Below are positions 40,891-55,114 of a stretch of DNA of 64,000 nucleotides, piece by piece. A program made the position numbers and the translations under genes. This stretch comes from the human T2T-CHM13v2.0 reference genome, Homo sapiens. The stretch is taken from NCBI RefSeq assembly GCF_009914755.1, contig NC_060938.1; one strand, written 5' to 3'. Each line of letters opens with the position of its first letter. The first letter of the stretch is position 1. Below the pieces are notes generated by a model. It worked only from the letters and a program-made list of their open reading frames with translations, was not told where the DNA came from and did no database searches.

Positions 40891-43019
40891 AGCAGTCATT
40901 TGCTAAACTGTACGCTAGGATTCTCAAAACAATAAATACACTTTCTTAAAAAAAGTCACCTTTTGTTTGTTAGAAGAGAAATTGGTAAAACCTTTAACCT
41001 TGTTTTTGTTTTCATCAGATGCTGTCATGCTTGAGAAGTAGTCACGTTAAGAGTATGACAGCATACTTTGGGGGACTAATGATTGTTCAGGGCAAGACTA
41101 TGGACAAAAGAAATAAAAATTTAAAAGGCAGAGAGAATAAAAGAAGGTATATGGTGAGAAGAATATATACTTTACCTTCAGAGCCACAGAAATAGCTTAT
41201 TTGTATAGATTTTTGGTTAAGAATATTTTTCAAATCATTTAAATAATTGCTTATTGTAGTTGTAATCATATTAACTTTCCAAAATTTGGAAGAATAATGT
41301 GAAAATTAATAAGTTTTAAGCTTGTTCTAAGATACTTACATGAAATGCCATGAATAATGACAACATATAGTAATAGTTTATGCTTGTATTCTAATGAGTT
41401 GAATTAGCTATTTTTTCTGGTAACACAGTCTTCTGAGATTGTGACATGATAGTTCAAGTCAGCATGGTATCTGAGTTTCTTATTCTATGGTTTCTTTTCC
41501 ACTTAATGTATTGACCCAACTCTATGATTGCTGATACATCATTCACTCACTCTCGTTTTTATATGTTAAGATTGATGTTTGTTTCTACATTCAGGATTCA
41601 GCTTCTTTTCTGACTTGCTGAGTGTCTTCTTAGGAGTTATGTATTACAAAATATGAATAAATAGAGTCTAACTCTGAGTTTTTCTCAGGAAAGGAAATAC
41701 TTTTACAGGTTTTGAAATTACAATGATAAATTTTTGTGTACAAGCATGATGTTATCACACCACAGGCAAAACAGAACAAGAGTTGACAAATCAGTAGTTC
41801 CTTCAGTTGATTCACAGCTTTTCCACTGAGGTTTGGATTTAAACCAAATTGATCGTTGCATACTTTTCATCAACTCAACTAGGCAAGTTCATAGTAAATA
41901 GAAGCAAAGAAATACTGAAGATCAAAGGATTTTTGCATGTCTGCCCTAACCTTGGGCTATGTCACTCTTAATAACAACAGATGGTATTATTCCCTCTGAA
42001 GTCCTGTTTGCTGATGCTATAAATGACTAAAAACTGAGGTTTTAGTGAAAGTGCTGACAAAGACTCTACTAGATCATTTCACAAGATGGCATTAACTTTC
42101 GTTACTGGTAACTGTAAAGGCAGTGTATTTTAGCTGTGTTATATTTACATTGCATTGCCTATAATTCAATATCCAAAAACATTTTAACCATTCATGGGAA
42201 AAAAGAGAAAGTTAACATTGAACAAATTACCAAAGATTATCATACCAGCAAAATGTATAGTCACTGATAACATTTTTTTCTTGTCTACAGTAAAATTTGA
42301 AATCTTTAAATTTCAAAGTAAAAGAAAATCAGGAAGAGTGTTAAACTGAGGTTCAGAAAGAAAAACTCAACTGACCTGGCAAAACTTCTCAGCAGCCATT
42401 TGCTTAGTCTTGGTAGATTCTGGTTTGAAAGTTAATTAGCATCAAATAAGACAGCTGGTACTGATTCAGCAGAGACTGCATACTCCCTCCTCCTGCATAT
42501 TCCCGCCTCCTCTTCCCTCTCCCTCCATTGACAGACTTTCCTAAACGCAGCAATTTGCCCCATCCATTGACGGCTTTCGGATGGCACTAATATTACTGAA
42601 CATCCAATGCCTTAGTCGTAATTATAGTATGTTAGAATTAATAAAGATTTAATGCATGTAATGATATAAACATAGCTACAGATATAGAATATAATAATAA
42701 ACTGATTACCAGAAATGAATTCTCTATATAATGCTGTACCCCAATATTAGAGAATAAGTTAAAAATGAAGTACTCTTAGAACTCGGATTTTCTTATTCCT
42801 GGTTAAGCATTTTTTCAACTGTACCTTACTTCTATTGCAAGGGTAGTTGTAGTCCTAAGTGTGGTGGTGATTGTTAGTATTGTAATGGAAAAAATAGCAT
42901 TTGGATTTGGCAAACTCTTAATACATATTATCTCATTAATATATCTCTGTGGATTTAATAATAAGCTGCTCTCACTGAAATCCCAATGATGCTGATTAAG
43001 AACCTGAAGAAATAAAGAA

Positions 43020-43225
43020 ACTAATAAATACACATTATGTGAGAGATATTATGCACAAAATTTTATAGAAATTTATTTCATTTTCATAATAGTTCTCAAT
43101 TTAAGTTTTTGTATTAGTATTTTTATGCAAACAGGAAATAAGGTTCAGAGAAGAAAAATAACTTCTCCAAGATGTATAACAAGTAGTGATGAAATTGAAT
43201 TTGAATCCACCTTATTGTTAACTTT
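43020..43225 (-). mobile_element. MIR SINE
   Basis: ATTTTTATGCAAACAGGAAATAAGGTTCAGAGAAG..AATAACTTCTCCAAG..GAATTTGAATCCA is the MIR core, reverse strand. Confidence 0.7.
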
Positions 43226-44382
43226 CCATCTGAGCAAGCAAATAATGTGTCCAAGGTTAAGCAGTAGCATTACAATGCAGTTTCAAATGCAAGATATCAG
43301 ATTCACTATCACTTGCATTTTCCATAACATTGCACTTTAGACTTTTTAACAGAGGTTTCTCAGCATTTTTTTATGAGAAGAAACTATTTTTCAATTTTAA
43401 AGCCTTGAAATTCTAAGTAAGGTATACTTCTTGTCAGTATGAATATATGCTGTATCTGAGAAAGGGGAATTTGTCAACATCAATAAGTTTGAACGCCTAT
43501 CCAATGTAACACTCAGGTCTCCTTTGAAGATTTATATTATTTGATTAATAACTTTATTATATGTATTCTCATGTACATTAGATGATGTACATGTATAGTT
43601 TAATCTATCGATCAGTCTTCTATCAAATAACTGTATTTGCTTATCTATTATCAATTTGACTCGATGGGGTTGACATGAGTTAAAAATGTAAATCTAGGCA
43701 CATTTCTTCTATCTTCACTAAATTAAATGCTGTGAAAACATGTTCATTTATTATCTTCTGTAGCATATGATTCGTTCCAAAGAATTAATGATCCAATTGG
43801 CCATGTATAAAATTTTGTAATTTTTCCAAAGAAGAAGGGTGTGCATTGAATTTTCTAAGCATGCAACTCAAACTATATTCTCCTTGGTGGAAAAAATACT
43901 AAGTTTTAAGAAAGGAATTGGAGGATATTCTAGGGTCTCAGCCACAGGAGATAAGGGGCTATTGTGTTTTGGTGAAGAAAAGTAAAAATAATAATATTAT
44001 ACTAACAATACAATGAAGAAAATGTTATCAAGAAAAGGAATTTAAGCATGACCATAGAAAATTCTATGAAGGTATTGCTCCAAGGTGCATCTACAGAGAG
44101 GTATCAGATAAAGGCAGCCCAAGTTATAAAAAATATATATGGTTTTGGAATTCAAGAGGGATAAAATAAAAAATCCTGCATTGTGATTTGAAAAATCACT
44201 TTGACCTAACAGACGTTAAAATAAGTTCACGTGAAAATGTTGAGAACACACTAATGAATAATGACCTCAAGGAGTTAAAAACTTACTGGAAGAGCTGGCC
44301 CTAAACATAACACATAATAAATTAGTGAACATGTAAAAAGTGTTTTGAGGCAGGAAAATACAGAAGTCAAGAGTATCACTTG

Positions 44383-44743
44383 TGTATTAGTCAGTTTTCA
44401 CAGTGAGAGCTACATGAGATTGGGTAATTTATTAAGAAAAGAGGTTTAATTGAATCACAGTTCCACATGGCTGGGGAGGCCTCAAGAAACTTACAATCAT
44501 GACCCAAGGCAAAGAGGAAGCAAGACACATCTTACTGTGGCAGAGCAGGAGAGAGAGGGGAGTGGGGAACCACCACACACTTTTAAACCATCAGACCTCG
44601 TGAGAACTCACTCACTGTCATGGAAAGAGCATGGAGGAAACCAACCCCATGGTTCAATCACCTCCTACCAGGTCCCTCCCTAACATGTGGGGATTACAAT
44701 TTGAGATGAGAATTGGGTGGGGACACAGAGCCAAATCATATCA
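44383..44743 (-). mobile_element. THE1D-type MaLR solo LTR
   Basis: TGTATTAGTCAG...GGGACACAGAGCCAAATCATATCA; perfect TSD ACTTG. Confidence 0.92.
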
Positions 44744-45289
44744 ACTTGAAAGATTATTTTAAGGTCATTGCTGATAATAATCCAGTTAACCTTTCTGAGA
44801 GATTACAATATGCCAGCTGCTATGCTATGGTAATTTGAAACATTATCTTAACATCACTTGAATAATCCAGTGAAGCAGATTATTAAATTCCCAGATTACA
44901 GTTCAAGATTCTTAGAGAGTTGAATTACTTTGTTCAGAGGTATAAGAGATAGAGATAAGACCAGACTCCAGGGCTGTGTAATGTGAGAAATGCTATTTTC
45001 CTGACAGAAATTCAACTGCTCTCTTTGCCACACAATTACTGCAAGGTGCCTGTTAATCCATGCTGCCCACACATTGAGCTGTTGATATTTATTAATGTTC
45101 AATACAATATAAAGAGTGAATTAGCTGCGGCTGATAAAATGCACATCACTTTAAAATATACCTGAATTTATATTAGATTTATTATTATTATGAATCAAGG
45201 ATATTAAAAGTAGAGCCATATTAAGAAAGTTCTCCGCTAGTCATATTTTGCTTTTTGTTGTCTAATATACATTTCCCCACTGAACCTTG

Positions 45290-45900
45290 TTTTTCTTTCT
45301 GGCAGTAGCCTCTCAATGACTCTCAGTGTATATGGTTTGGTGAAGCTGACACATTCATGCCTTCTGCCTTGTATGATCCAGACCTAACAAATGAGTATAT
45401 TTTATCTCTTAGGTCATAGCAATTGTTTGAGGACTATTACTCAATTTGTTCCAATAAGACCCAATTGGAGACTTTAAGAAAAAAGACACTCACTTTTCTC
45501 TTTAGTGACTAATCTGCGGGGCATAAATTTAGAGATTTTGGTAAGAGTGGACAGCTGAAGAAAGTCCACCTGAGAACAATTTGATATTTGTGTCGATTTA
45601 CAGGGAAAAAAAATGACAACAGCAAGACTAAACATAGCATGTCCCATGGAATGTATGTGATACACTTATATTAAACATTCTTTATTGTCTCTCTGAAATT
45701 TAAATTTAAGGAGACATTATTTTATCTGACAACCCTAAATGCAAGGAAAGCAGAGATGAGACTTGAGTAAAGAGAGTCCAATGACATCACCTGAATTTAT
45801 AATCTAATGTCACCAAAAGTCAGCTGACCCTTTAACCTTTAAGTTATATGATACAAAAGATCATTTATGTCACTGGTAACAGAAGAAGCACTACCTAAGA
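45290..45900 (+). mobile_element. Ancient MLT1 (I/J/K-type) LTR remnants
   Basis: TGGTTTGGTGAAGCTGAC..TCTCTTAGGTCATAGCAATTG..CCAATAAGAC..AAAGCAGAGATGAGA..GAGTCCAATGACATC motifs. Confidence 0.5.
45633..45737. mobile_element. MER53-like hAT MITE, right half
   Basis: ATGTCCCATGGAAT..ACTTATATTAAA..CTGAAATTTAAATTTAA..ATTTTATCTGACAACCCTA. Confidence 0.65.
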
Positions 45901-46489
45901 GGATGTTCTAAAAAATAAGAAGAAAAATAATTCGTATGCTTAAAACTGTTTGAACCACTAATATAAATAGAAGACATCAAATCACGTTTTAGTATGTTTG
46001 TGAGAATAATGCAAAAGAGAAAATGGACTTACACAACATTTTGGAGTTTGCAAAAGGGCCATTTGAGATCGAATTCTAAAATTATTTCATATTTGGTACA
46101 TCTAGAATGCAAAGGTCAAGGTTATTTTTCATGAGAAGGGATTAAGCAGCCAAAGGAGAAGAGAATGTATTCCTCTGTAAAGCCAAAAAGAATCCAAACA
46201 TAAAATGCATTGAGTATTTTATATCAATATCTGAAAAAAGCACAAAGTAGTAATGCCAATAACAAACATTCAGATAGAAAAATAATGTAAGAAAATACAT
46301 TGGATAGGTAATGATGAAGCCTTTTCCAATTATCCTCCCCTCAGTAATTTCTCTCTCCTATATATTTTTATATCATTTATCATCTATACCATTATTTATC
46401 TCCCTTTACTGCTTTTCATGCAATGATGTCTCTCATATTATAAAACACATTTATTCTTTATTATGAGATTATAATTTCTGTAAGAACAG

Positions 46490-46646
46490 TGTCAAGAGGA
46501 AACATCTTGGGTGATGAAAATGCTTATTATCTTGATAGCAGTGATGGTTTCAAGGTTGTATGCATATGCTAAAATTGATTAAATTGTACAGTTTCAATAT
46601 GTGCAGTTTATTGTACTTTAATTATACCTGAAAATATTTTTTTAAA
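46490..46646 (+). mobile_element. L1ME-type 3' terminal fragment
   Basis: GGGTGATGAAAATGCTT..TATCTTGAT..GTGATGGTTTCA..AATTGTACA..ATATGTGCAGTTTATTGTA..ATTATACCT. Confidence 0.75.
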
Positions 46647-46699
46647 GCGTGTGGACTTGGTTGAAAGTTACCTGAAGACTCTAATACCAGGCTAAAAAT

Positions 46700-47335
46700 T
46701 AGAGAATAGAGGAAAAAGTGAGGACCCAAAGGAGTTAGAGCAAGAGCTCAGCTTTAAAGGAGGCTTTCTTACAAAAGATGATCAATAGTTACAAACATAA
46801 GGTGCAATATATTCTCTGCTCCAAAATTAATTGACCCACCTCAGGAACTTGGTGTCAGAAACCTTCAGGCAGTAGTCAGTCTTGTCTGTTTCTAGAGATC
46901 TGTTTTGGAGTTGATTCATGGATTGGTATATGGTAAAGATAAAGCACTTGGTTCCAATCCCTGGAGATTCTGGAGATTTAGAGCTAGAGGAAAATGACAA
47001 AAACAAGGGACATTGGGAAGTAGCTCCTGAGCTAGGAGAAAAGATCGTAGAGTTTTGAAATCCATAAGAAAAAAAAAAGGTATGTATTTTGTGGAATAGA
47101 AAGAGCACTATCAAGAGCTATTGGCAGATCAACTAAAACAAGGACAGAGTTGGTACTATATCCTGATATAAGACAGTGAGTTTCATGATAAGCCCCATCT
47201 GCTGGTGAGGATAAGATTGTGTAATGTACTGCCAGGTTTGATTGAGGATGGCTCAGTGGTTGGAAGAAGCTTGCACCTAAAACCTCAAGTTGAAAAGAGG
47301 TGAGACAGGAAAAGGCTAAGACACAGAGCAATTTA
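46700..47335 (-). mobile_element. L2/CR1-class LINE RT-region relic
   Basis: ORF 47032-47331 contains PQSN... and SVLVLVDLPIALDS, resembling the L2 RT motifs LQSGF and SVLILLDLSAAFDT. Confidence 0.55.
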
Positions 47336-48216
47336 TTACGTTTCTATGCCTGTAAACTCCTGGCATAGTGTTACTGGCAAATCAGGCACTTAATAGATGT
47401 ATGTCAATAGATTGCCACATCAATAGACTCAAGGAATTTGCATATGATAACAAGGTTAAATATTTCATATGACTCATCTGGAAAAATGAAAGATAAAAGA
47501 TATGATTAAAGTCTACGAGATTTGAGGGATCTGAATTGAGTGAATGCAAATGTCCTCATTAAATGCTTGATTATTAATATGATGAGGCTCGCTTTAAACT
47601 TGAAAGAGACAATTGTGAATAAATAAAGGTAATAACACTAATTTTTTTAAAAAAGGTTAATAAACGTTTGGACCTATAATGGAAGAATGAGCTTGAGTGA
47701 AAAATTTAATGTAATTCAATTACATAAACATTTGGGGACAATCCCAAGCTCATTTGGGGTTGACATTATGCAACAAAATTATGTGCTCCTAAAAAATTCT
47801 TCGACTTTTTCCCTTAAGAACTCCATGATGAAATTCAGCTCATTTTTATCTTGTTTTTTTATTAAAAAATACTTAACTTGTTGTACATAGTGTTTTACTG
47901 AGTTACTTTGAGCATTTTCCTCAGATAGAAATGATTTAATTACATATAAAATAACTTATTGACAATCAATGACATTAAGTAGTATTTCATATTTTTACTT
48001 AGTATTTTATTTGATTAAAAGTAATTCCTATATATTTTCCCCTTTGATTGCAGACAATAGTGAATTCAGGTTCCAAAATAGCTACAATAGTGATTTATGT
48101 ATAAATTATATATAGATAATTTAGCACATAAGCCTGTTTGTTTTTGTGCTATTTAATATAAAACTTACTAATAGTTGAATAGTTATGTCATGTTTCCATA
48201 AACAATAACTCTTCAT

Positions 48217-48450
48217 TTTTCGTTTTTTATTTTACTTTAAGTTCTGGGATATATGTACAGAACGTGCAGGTTTGTTACATAAGTATATATGTGCCATGGT
48301 GGTTTGCTGCACCCATCAACCCGTCACATCTAGGTTTTGAGCCCCACAAGCATTAGGCATCTGTCCTAATGCTCTCCCTCCCCTTTCCTCCCACCCCCCG
48401 ACGGGCCCTGGTGTGTGATGTTCCCCTCCCTGTCTCCATGTGTTCTCACT
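48217..48450 (-). mobile_element. L1PA8-like 3' UTR fragment (severely 5'-truncated)
   Basis: TTTTACTTTAAGTTCTGGGAT..CTAGGTTTTGAGCCCCACAAGCATTAGG; TSD TAAACAATAACTCTTCAT / TAAACAGTAACTCTTGAT. Confidence 0.92.
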
Positions 48451-49149
48451 TAAACAGTAACTCTTGATCAAAAGTATTGGACATCTAAATGGTTTTATCC
48501 AAATCTGCTTTACAGGAATCCAAGTACTTTTATTAAAAATATTATTAAAATGCAAAAAAATTCAGTTGGCTTAAAACTCCAATTTTTTTGTGGGACTGTC
48601 ATTCTGTGCCAATATGTGTGAATGGCTTCTATTCTCTAAAAACTATCTACAAAAATAAATTACTGCAAAGGGGGGTTCACTGTCAGTATTTTAGTTGACC
48701 TGACAGGACAGCCAATGTCTTCCGCTTTCTAGTGTCAATGCGCCAGCATCCCCTAGTGGGCATTGTTAGAAATAAAACTTAATTCTACTGATAAGAAAGG
48801 TGAAGGAGGTTTATTAATGTATTAGGTTTATTTTGTTGGAATTCATTTGCATAATTAAAATAACTTTGCATTTATGAGTGCATATTGTCAATAAAACATT
48901 ACTCTGGTTGGGATGGTACCAGCTATCATCTATTGCCCTGAAATATTTGTGTATTTAAAAAGTTTACATACGCAGTATTTTTGGATTTATATGTGTGTGT
49001 ACAAAGTAATTTAAGCTATTCATCATTTATATTTGTTTGAATATTCATAATTTATATTTGCATGTTTGACAAACATTTTTAATTGAGGTTTGTGCTATGT
49101 ATAGTTACAATTACAGACAGAAGTTTGACTCAACTGGAATTATTGTGGC

Positions 49150-49385
49150 ATTAAAAATAAGCATTGATTTCTATATGAGACTGATTTTATTCAAATCCTA
49201 ATTTCCCTGGTGATTAGCCTTGTGACCTAGAGAAATTTTTTTACCCCTTTGAAATCTTATTTTCTTCATTCATAAAACAAGGGTAAAAATGTACATACTG
49301 ACTCAAAATTTTTAGGGAAGGTTTTCCAGAGTCTGGTAACACGTGTGATTAACAACTCATATGTTTAAAACGCATAAACATGTAC
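49150..49385 (+). mobile_element. MIR SINE
   Basis: TTCAAATCCTA..TGTGACCTAGAGAAA..TTTTCTTCATTCATAAAACAAGG core. Confidence 0.65.
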
Positions 49386-49408
49386 AGAATTTTAATATTA
49401 AACGTTAA

Positions 49409-49759
<351 letters not shown>

Positions 49760-50724
49760 AAAGCTAAGAAATTCTAAGCATAAAAATGCATTATAGATGG
49801 TGCTTTGGGCTGAAATAAACACAAAGTAAATAAGTGGATATTTATTTTTATAAGAATAAATTAAATACTTTTTCTGTGTTATTGAAGAATATCTGATATA
49901 GGTTAGCTGTTGAGAAGTTTACCATAAGAGCTTATTAATTAATTTATAGGATATACAGGAGCTCTAAAAAAAAGCCAAATCAAATGCTAGAGCTTATTCA
50001 TGAAATGGTTTTGAAATTGGGCTTATAAAAATGCTTCTTTGTGAAACTGTTTGTAGATATGAAAGAAAACCCTGCTAGAATTCATTCTTAAGGCATTAGA
50101 TTATCTCTATATGTAGAACTAGTTCTGTATATTTTGTCTGAATTAAGAAGATTTTTAGAATGTTAAAATAAAATGTTATTATGGAAAGTGAGTGAAAATT
50201 TGAGATTATCAGGTAAATTTCTTAATAGTAAGGTTTTGAGAGAGATTTATTGAATGCCTGAAAAAGTGGGAACAGAAGAAGAGTGAGGCACAAAACACTC
50301 AATGGGTGCAGTTGACAGAAAAAAAGGCTGAAAAGCAAACTTCATCTTTTGCAGTTAGGCCCTATGATATCTGGAAGCTATCTGGAAACATTGTTTTGGT
50401 GAGTGCACTTCAGAATTTCTTGGTTTCATGCTTTATAAACAATCTGGTTTATGGTTCACTGAATAAAGCAGATCTTCTTTGACCACAGTGGTCTGTGGTA
50501 AAGTAAAGCCTTTAGCCAAATGGATTCCAATATTCATTCCCATTGGCTATGCTCTTAAGTTACCATATGTTACATGGTATATTTGCATATCTATTAATGC
50601 TTCTATGTTCTCCTCCCTGCAAGATGAGAACTTCCTTTGAGCATCAGCAATCTTTCCTTTATATGCAACGCAGTAGAGATAACCAGGTCAGATTTTTCCA
50701 ATAAGTTTGCGATAGTTAGTTATT

Positions 50725-50885
50725 AGGAAAATTTCCCAAATATTTGTGTCTGTAAGAACCACCTACAGTTATGTGAAAAATACAGATTTTTTTTCTGTAT
50801 TTTCTGAGCACCGAATCATAAATTTCTTTTAGATGTGTTTGGAAATCTATATTTATAAGATGCAACCAAATTTATTCTTATGGTT
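50725..50885. mobile_element. MER5-like hAT-Charlie MITE (degenerate)
   Basis: TTCCCAAA..AAGAACCACCT..AAAAATACAGATT..GAATCATAAATT..GGAAATCTATATTT..TTTATTCTTATG. Confidence 0.5.
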
Positions 50886-51301
50886 TTAAAAACTTCATAC
50901 ATAAATTCATAATCATAATTTGGTTATATTTAAAACAAATGTATAATGAGAATGTGAGCTCAGAGAGTAGAATTTAAACATTAAAAACTACTAGAAGTCA
51001 TTAAACAAACAGTGAAATTGTAGTGGTGATCTCTTTCCAATAACTTTAATTGTTCATCCTTTAGATTAGGATAATGAAACTGACTTTTTTTTCCCCCAGA
51101 CTGCTCTTGGTTTTAAATAGAAAATGACCAAAAGAAAACTTAGTAATTCACCTTTCTTTTATCTTCTTATTTTATTTTAGCCTGATATAATATTTCCTGT
51201 GGCAAGGAAGAAAACCACTAAGCTATCAATAGCTCTAAATTTCTTAAATTTAGGTCTATAGATATCCAGATTTCATGAAAACAAATGAAAGATTTGAAGT
51301 T

Positions 51302-51922
51302 ATTTATTAGCAACTTTTTCTTTTGCTATGTAGCAAATTACCATAAATTTAGCAACTTAAAGTGACAAAATTTTATTATCTCACAGTTGCCTGGGTCAGA
51401 ATTCCAGCAAATTTTAACTTGGCTCTCTACTTAGGATCTTATAAAGCTGAAAATACGGTGTTGTCCAGATGTGTACTTATCTGGAGTCTTGACTAGAGAA
51501 AGATATGCTTCCAAGGTCACTCAGGCTGTTGGCAGAATTCATTTCCTTGCAGTAGTAGACTAAGGTATCCACTGCATTCCTGGCTGTCAACCAGGGACCA
51601 CTCTCACCTTCTGGAGGCCACTCTTAGATCCCTGCCACGTGCCCCACTCCATCTCAGCAATGGAGAATCTTCTTCACATTAGTTCCTTCTTGCACTTTAA
51701 ATTTCCAATTCCCATTCTGCTACTAGCCCGAGAAAATTCTGCTTTGAAAGGGCTCATGTGATTAGATCAGTCTCAACCAAATGCTCTCCGTATTGTAAAA
51801 AGTCAACCACTTTGGGGCTTTAACTACATCTTCAAAATCCCCTCACAGCAATACCTGGAGTCATATTATTGAATAACCTGGGGATTGGAACATTGGAATG
51901 CCATCTTAGAATTCTACCACCG
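51302..51922 (-). mobile_element. MLT1D/E-type MaLR LTR
   Basis: CAAATTACCATAAATTTAGCAACTTAAA..TTTATTATCTCACAGTT..TTGGCAGAATTCATTTCCTTGCAG..GGGCTCATGTGATTAGAT..CCATCTTAGAATTCT. Confidence 0.85.
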
Positions 51923-52418
51923 TAGCTCACTCACTGAAGCAGTTTTTTCAACTTGTAAATGTCTTGTAATATATTACAAAGTCTGTCTCTATACTCCTAC
52001 TGGACTTCCACAATTTGTACAAGTCAAAATGAAGAACATTAGTTCTAAAGAACAGTCAAGAACCATTGTGCAATGTTGGATAAAAACATGTTACTTCTAC
52101 ACAGAGGTTCAGAATCTTTTCTGGTCAAGAATCTCTTTGAGAATCTGACAAAAGGTTGTAACTTATTTTCCACTTCTTGAAATACACACATTTCAGTCAT
52201 TATTTGAATGTTAAGAGATTCTGATCTAAGTGAAAGAGAACAACAATGAGATTATCCAATGTCTATATATGCCTCTCTGATAAACCTATTAGAAAATAAT
52301 GTTGGTCAACTAATGTTAACATAAGACTTGATTCACTTATCCAGTGCTAGTATGATGTATATTTTAATCTAGCTCTCTTAGAAACTATTCGTTTGTCAAT
52401 CAATAAAATAATTTCTAT

Positions 52419-53060
52419 TTTTTTAATTCTAAAATATTTACTTGAAAAATAAAGATTGAATATATTTAGGACGTACAATGTGATGTCTTTATATGCATAT
52501 AGATTGTGTATTCATTACTGCAGTCAAATTAACACAGCTATCATCAATACCCATGTTGTTCATTAGATTTCCAGAACTGGTTCATGTCAGAATTGAAAGT
52601 TTTTACCTTTTAACCATCATCTCCCCATTTCACACACCCTGTCCAAACCCTGGACGCCATTGTTCTATTCTCTGCTTCTATGAGTTCAACATTTTTTAGA
52701 TACCACAATATGAATGAGAAAATACAGTATTTGTCTTTTTGTGCCTGGCTTATTTCATTTAGCATGATGTCCTCTAGTTCATCCATATAATTGAAAACGA
52801 CAGGCTTTCCTCATTTTGGCTGAATAATATCCCATTGTATCAATATACCACAATTTCTTTATCCATATATCTGCCAGTGGACATTTAGGTCATTTCTATA
52901 CCTTGGCTGTTGTAAATAATGCCGCAGTGAACACGGCAATGCAGATATCTCTTCAACATACTGATTTAATTTCCTCTTTGACAAACTGATTGCATTTTCT
53001 TTGAATATATACTTACAAGTGGGATTGCTGAATCATATGGTAGTTCTATTTTAGAATTTT
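52419..53060 (-). mobile_element. L1MA8/9-type 3' fragment
   Basis: L1MA 3' UTR (CATTAGATTTCCAGAACT..TATGAGTTCAAC..TTTTAGA) running into the ORF2 end (GGGATTGCTGAATCATATGGTAGTTCTATT). Confidence 0.85.
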
Positions 53061-54648
53061 CCTAAAATAAAGCAAAACAAAACACAATGAAACAAATACT
53101 GAACTATGTTAGCACGTGGGATAGACTTCTGATGCTGCACCCAGCTAAATTTAGACTCAAAATTTTTTAAAGGAAGGAAGCAAAAGACTGAATTTAGCCT
53201 GACCAGTTGTTGAAAGAAATGAATTAAATCCTCTGTTGTTTGCAAACCAGATTATGTGTCCATTCTGAGAAACTCATCCTGCTCTGTTTCTACTTTGCCA
53301 CGTAACATGTAGCTAAATATGTCACACCCTCGTGACCAAAGGAATTATGATGCCTTGGAAAATACCTGAACTAGTCCTAAAAGACAGCTTAATCATCTGA
53401 CAAAATAACAGTATCTGCTTCGCTGTTTGTAAAACTCAGGCTCTAAGTACTGTATTTTTCTTATTATTACTGAATAAAATAGCACATGAATGAAAAAACA
53501 GGGAAATGTACTGGAGAAATGTATTAGGTATCCTCAGTGGATACCCAGTGCCTGCTGCCTCAAAGGTCTGTGAAGGAAGATTTGATTTCTTTCTCCTGAG
53601 ACACAAAATTGCAGGTCCAGGATGTGTGTTACTGTGTAACAGTGATTATCTTACTTCATGGCTCTGTGGCAAATGCATGCCTGGTTTGTGGAAAGATGAA
53701 AATTAAATACAGACATCAGAAGATTGAGAGTGAAAGGGATTTGTTAGGTGTTTTCACTAAAATGCTAAAGAACTTCCATTAAGCTACATGTTTTAATAAT
53801 TAAAACATTGCTTTAAATTGGCTTCAAAACGTAAGAATATCCAGAGAAACTAGAAAGGGTATTAGGAACTAATTACATTAAAGTATTGAAGATCAATTTC
53901 TCATGGTTTGGTAGCTTCATATTATTATTTCTTTAAAAACGATCAAGGCAAATATTATAGAAACATATCAAAAGATGCTTTTCTAGGGCTCTATATTAAT
54001 AGTCAGTACTAAGAAATTTTTTTAATAGAATTTATTGAGTTAGCTCACCTTGGTTTTAGGAAAACACATGGCACCTTTTAGGAAGTTTGCGGAAGGAAAC
54101 TTCTTGTTTTTCTTCCTGACCAGAAAAAAAAAAAAAAGCCAAAATGACATTTACTTATTAAAAATGATCAGTTTGGAAGTGTGAAGGACTGGATTTCAAA
54201 ACAGTACTTTCCAATCTGGATGAAAGATAATATTCATATATGATCAATACAATCTATTCAAATCCAATCAGCATGATTTTTATATTTTCCCTTTTTCTTC
54301 TTCTAGAAAAATCACATTAATATTTTGATTAAATCAACCACATAGAAACCCCGAGCTTCAAAATGAAGTGAATTTCCACCAATTTCTTTGTGCAGCTAGG
54401 AAATTTTGGAGGTTCCTCTTGTTTTCCCACACTAGAGGGAGAGGGCATGAGTGAGACTAGGCTGATCTCCACGCAGAGTGACATATTATTCATATTGTGA
54501 CATCATTTCATGTGCTTTTCAGTGTAATTGGATTTCTTCCATCTTCTAGAATCTACAGTTTAGATCTTGACTCTTATTTCAGGGATTGATTCTAGTTTGT
54601 CACATATAAGATCAAGGTTGAAGAATATTTTCTTTAGCGAACCGTATC

Positions 54649-55114
54649 TGTGGCAACCATGCAAATGTTCCTTTCGAGCTTCCAACTGACGGGACTGTAA
54701 TGGAGCAACGGCTCTAGCTGCTTCCTGCTGCATGGAAAAAAAATCCATTGCCACACTGACCAAAACCTATATTTCCCATAGGCTTCTCCATGCAATGGAC
54801 TGAGCAGGATGGGGATACCAAGACAGGTTTGCTTCTGGAAGCAAACAGGACTCCCGAGCTGGTTGACTTTGGTTCAAGAACCCTTTGATGACTTTGCCAA
54901 ACTGCCTTACTTTGCAAGCTGTTCAGAATATTTACAACATCTCCCCTTTTCTATCTTCTTCAGTTGGGTGTAAGACTCATACTGTGGATCAACAGCTCTC
55001 CTATTATTCCATGACTCTTTTTCTATCTTCTTCCTCAGGGGTTTTCCCTAACAAAACCACTGCGTGTTTAATCTAGCCTTGGAGTCTGCTTCTCAAAGAA
55101 CCTGAACTATCACA
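54649..55114 (+). mobile_element. Ancient ERVL LTR (LTR16-type)
   Basis: TGTGGCAACCATG start; the end TAATCTAGCCTTGGAGTCTGCTTCTCAAAGAACCTGAACTATCACA is typical of LTR16-group 3' ends. Confidence 0.7.

Noticed and set aside
50777-50803. AAAATACAGA / TCTGTATTTT hairpin as a terminator or structured RNA
   Set aside because: It lies inside a MER5-like MITE relic, is AT-rich, and has no sign of transcription.
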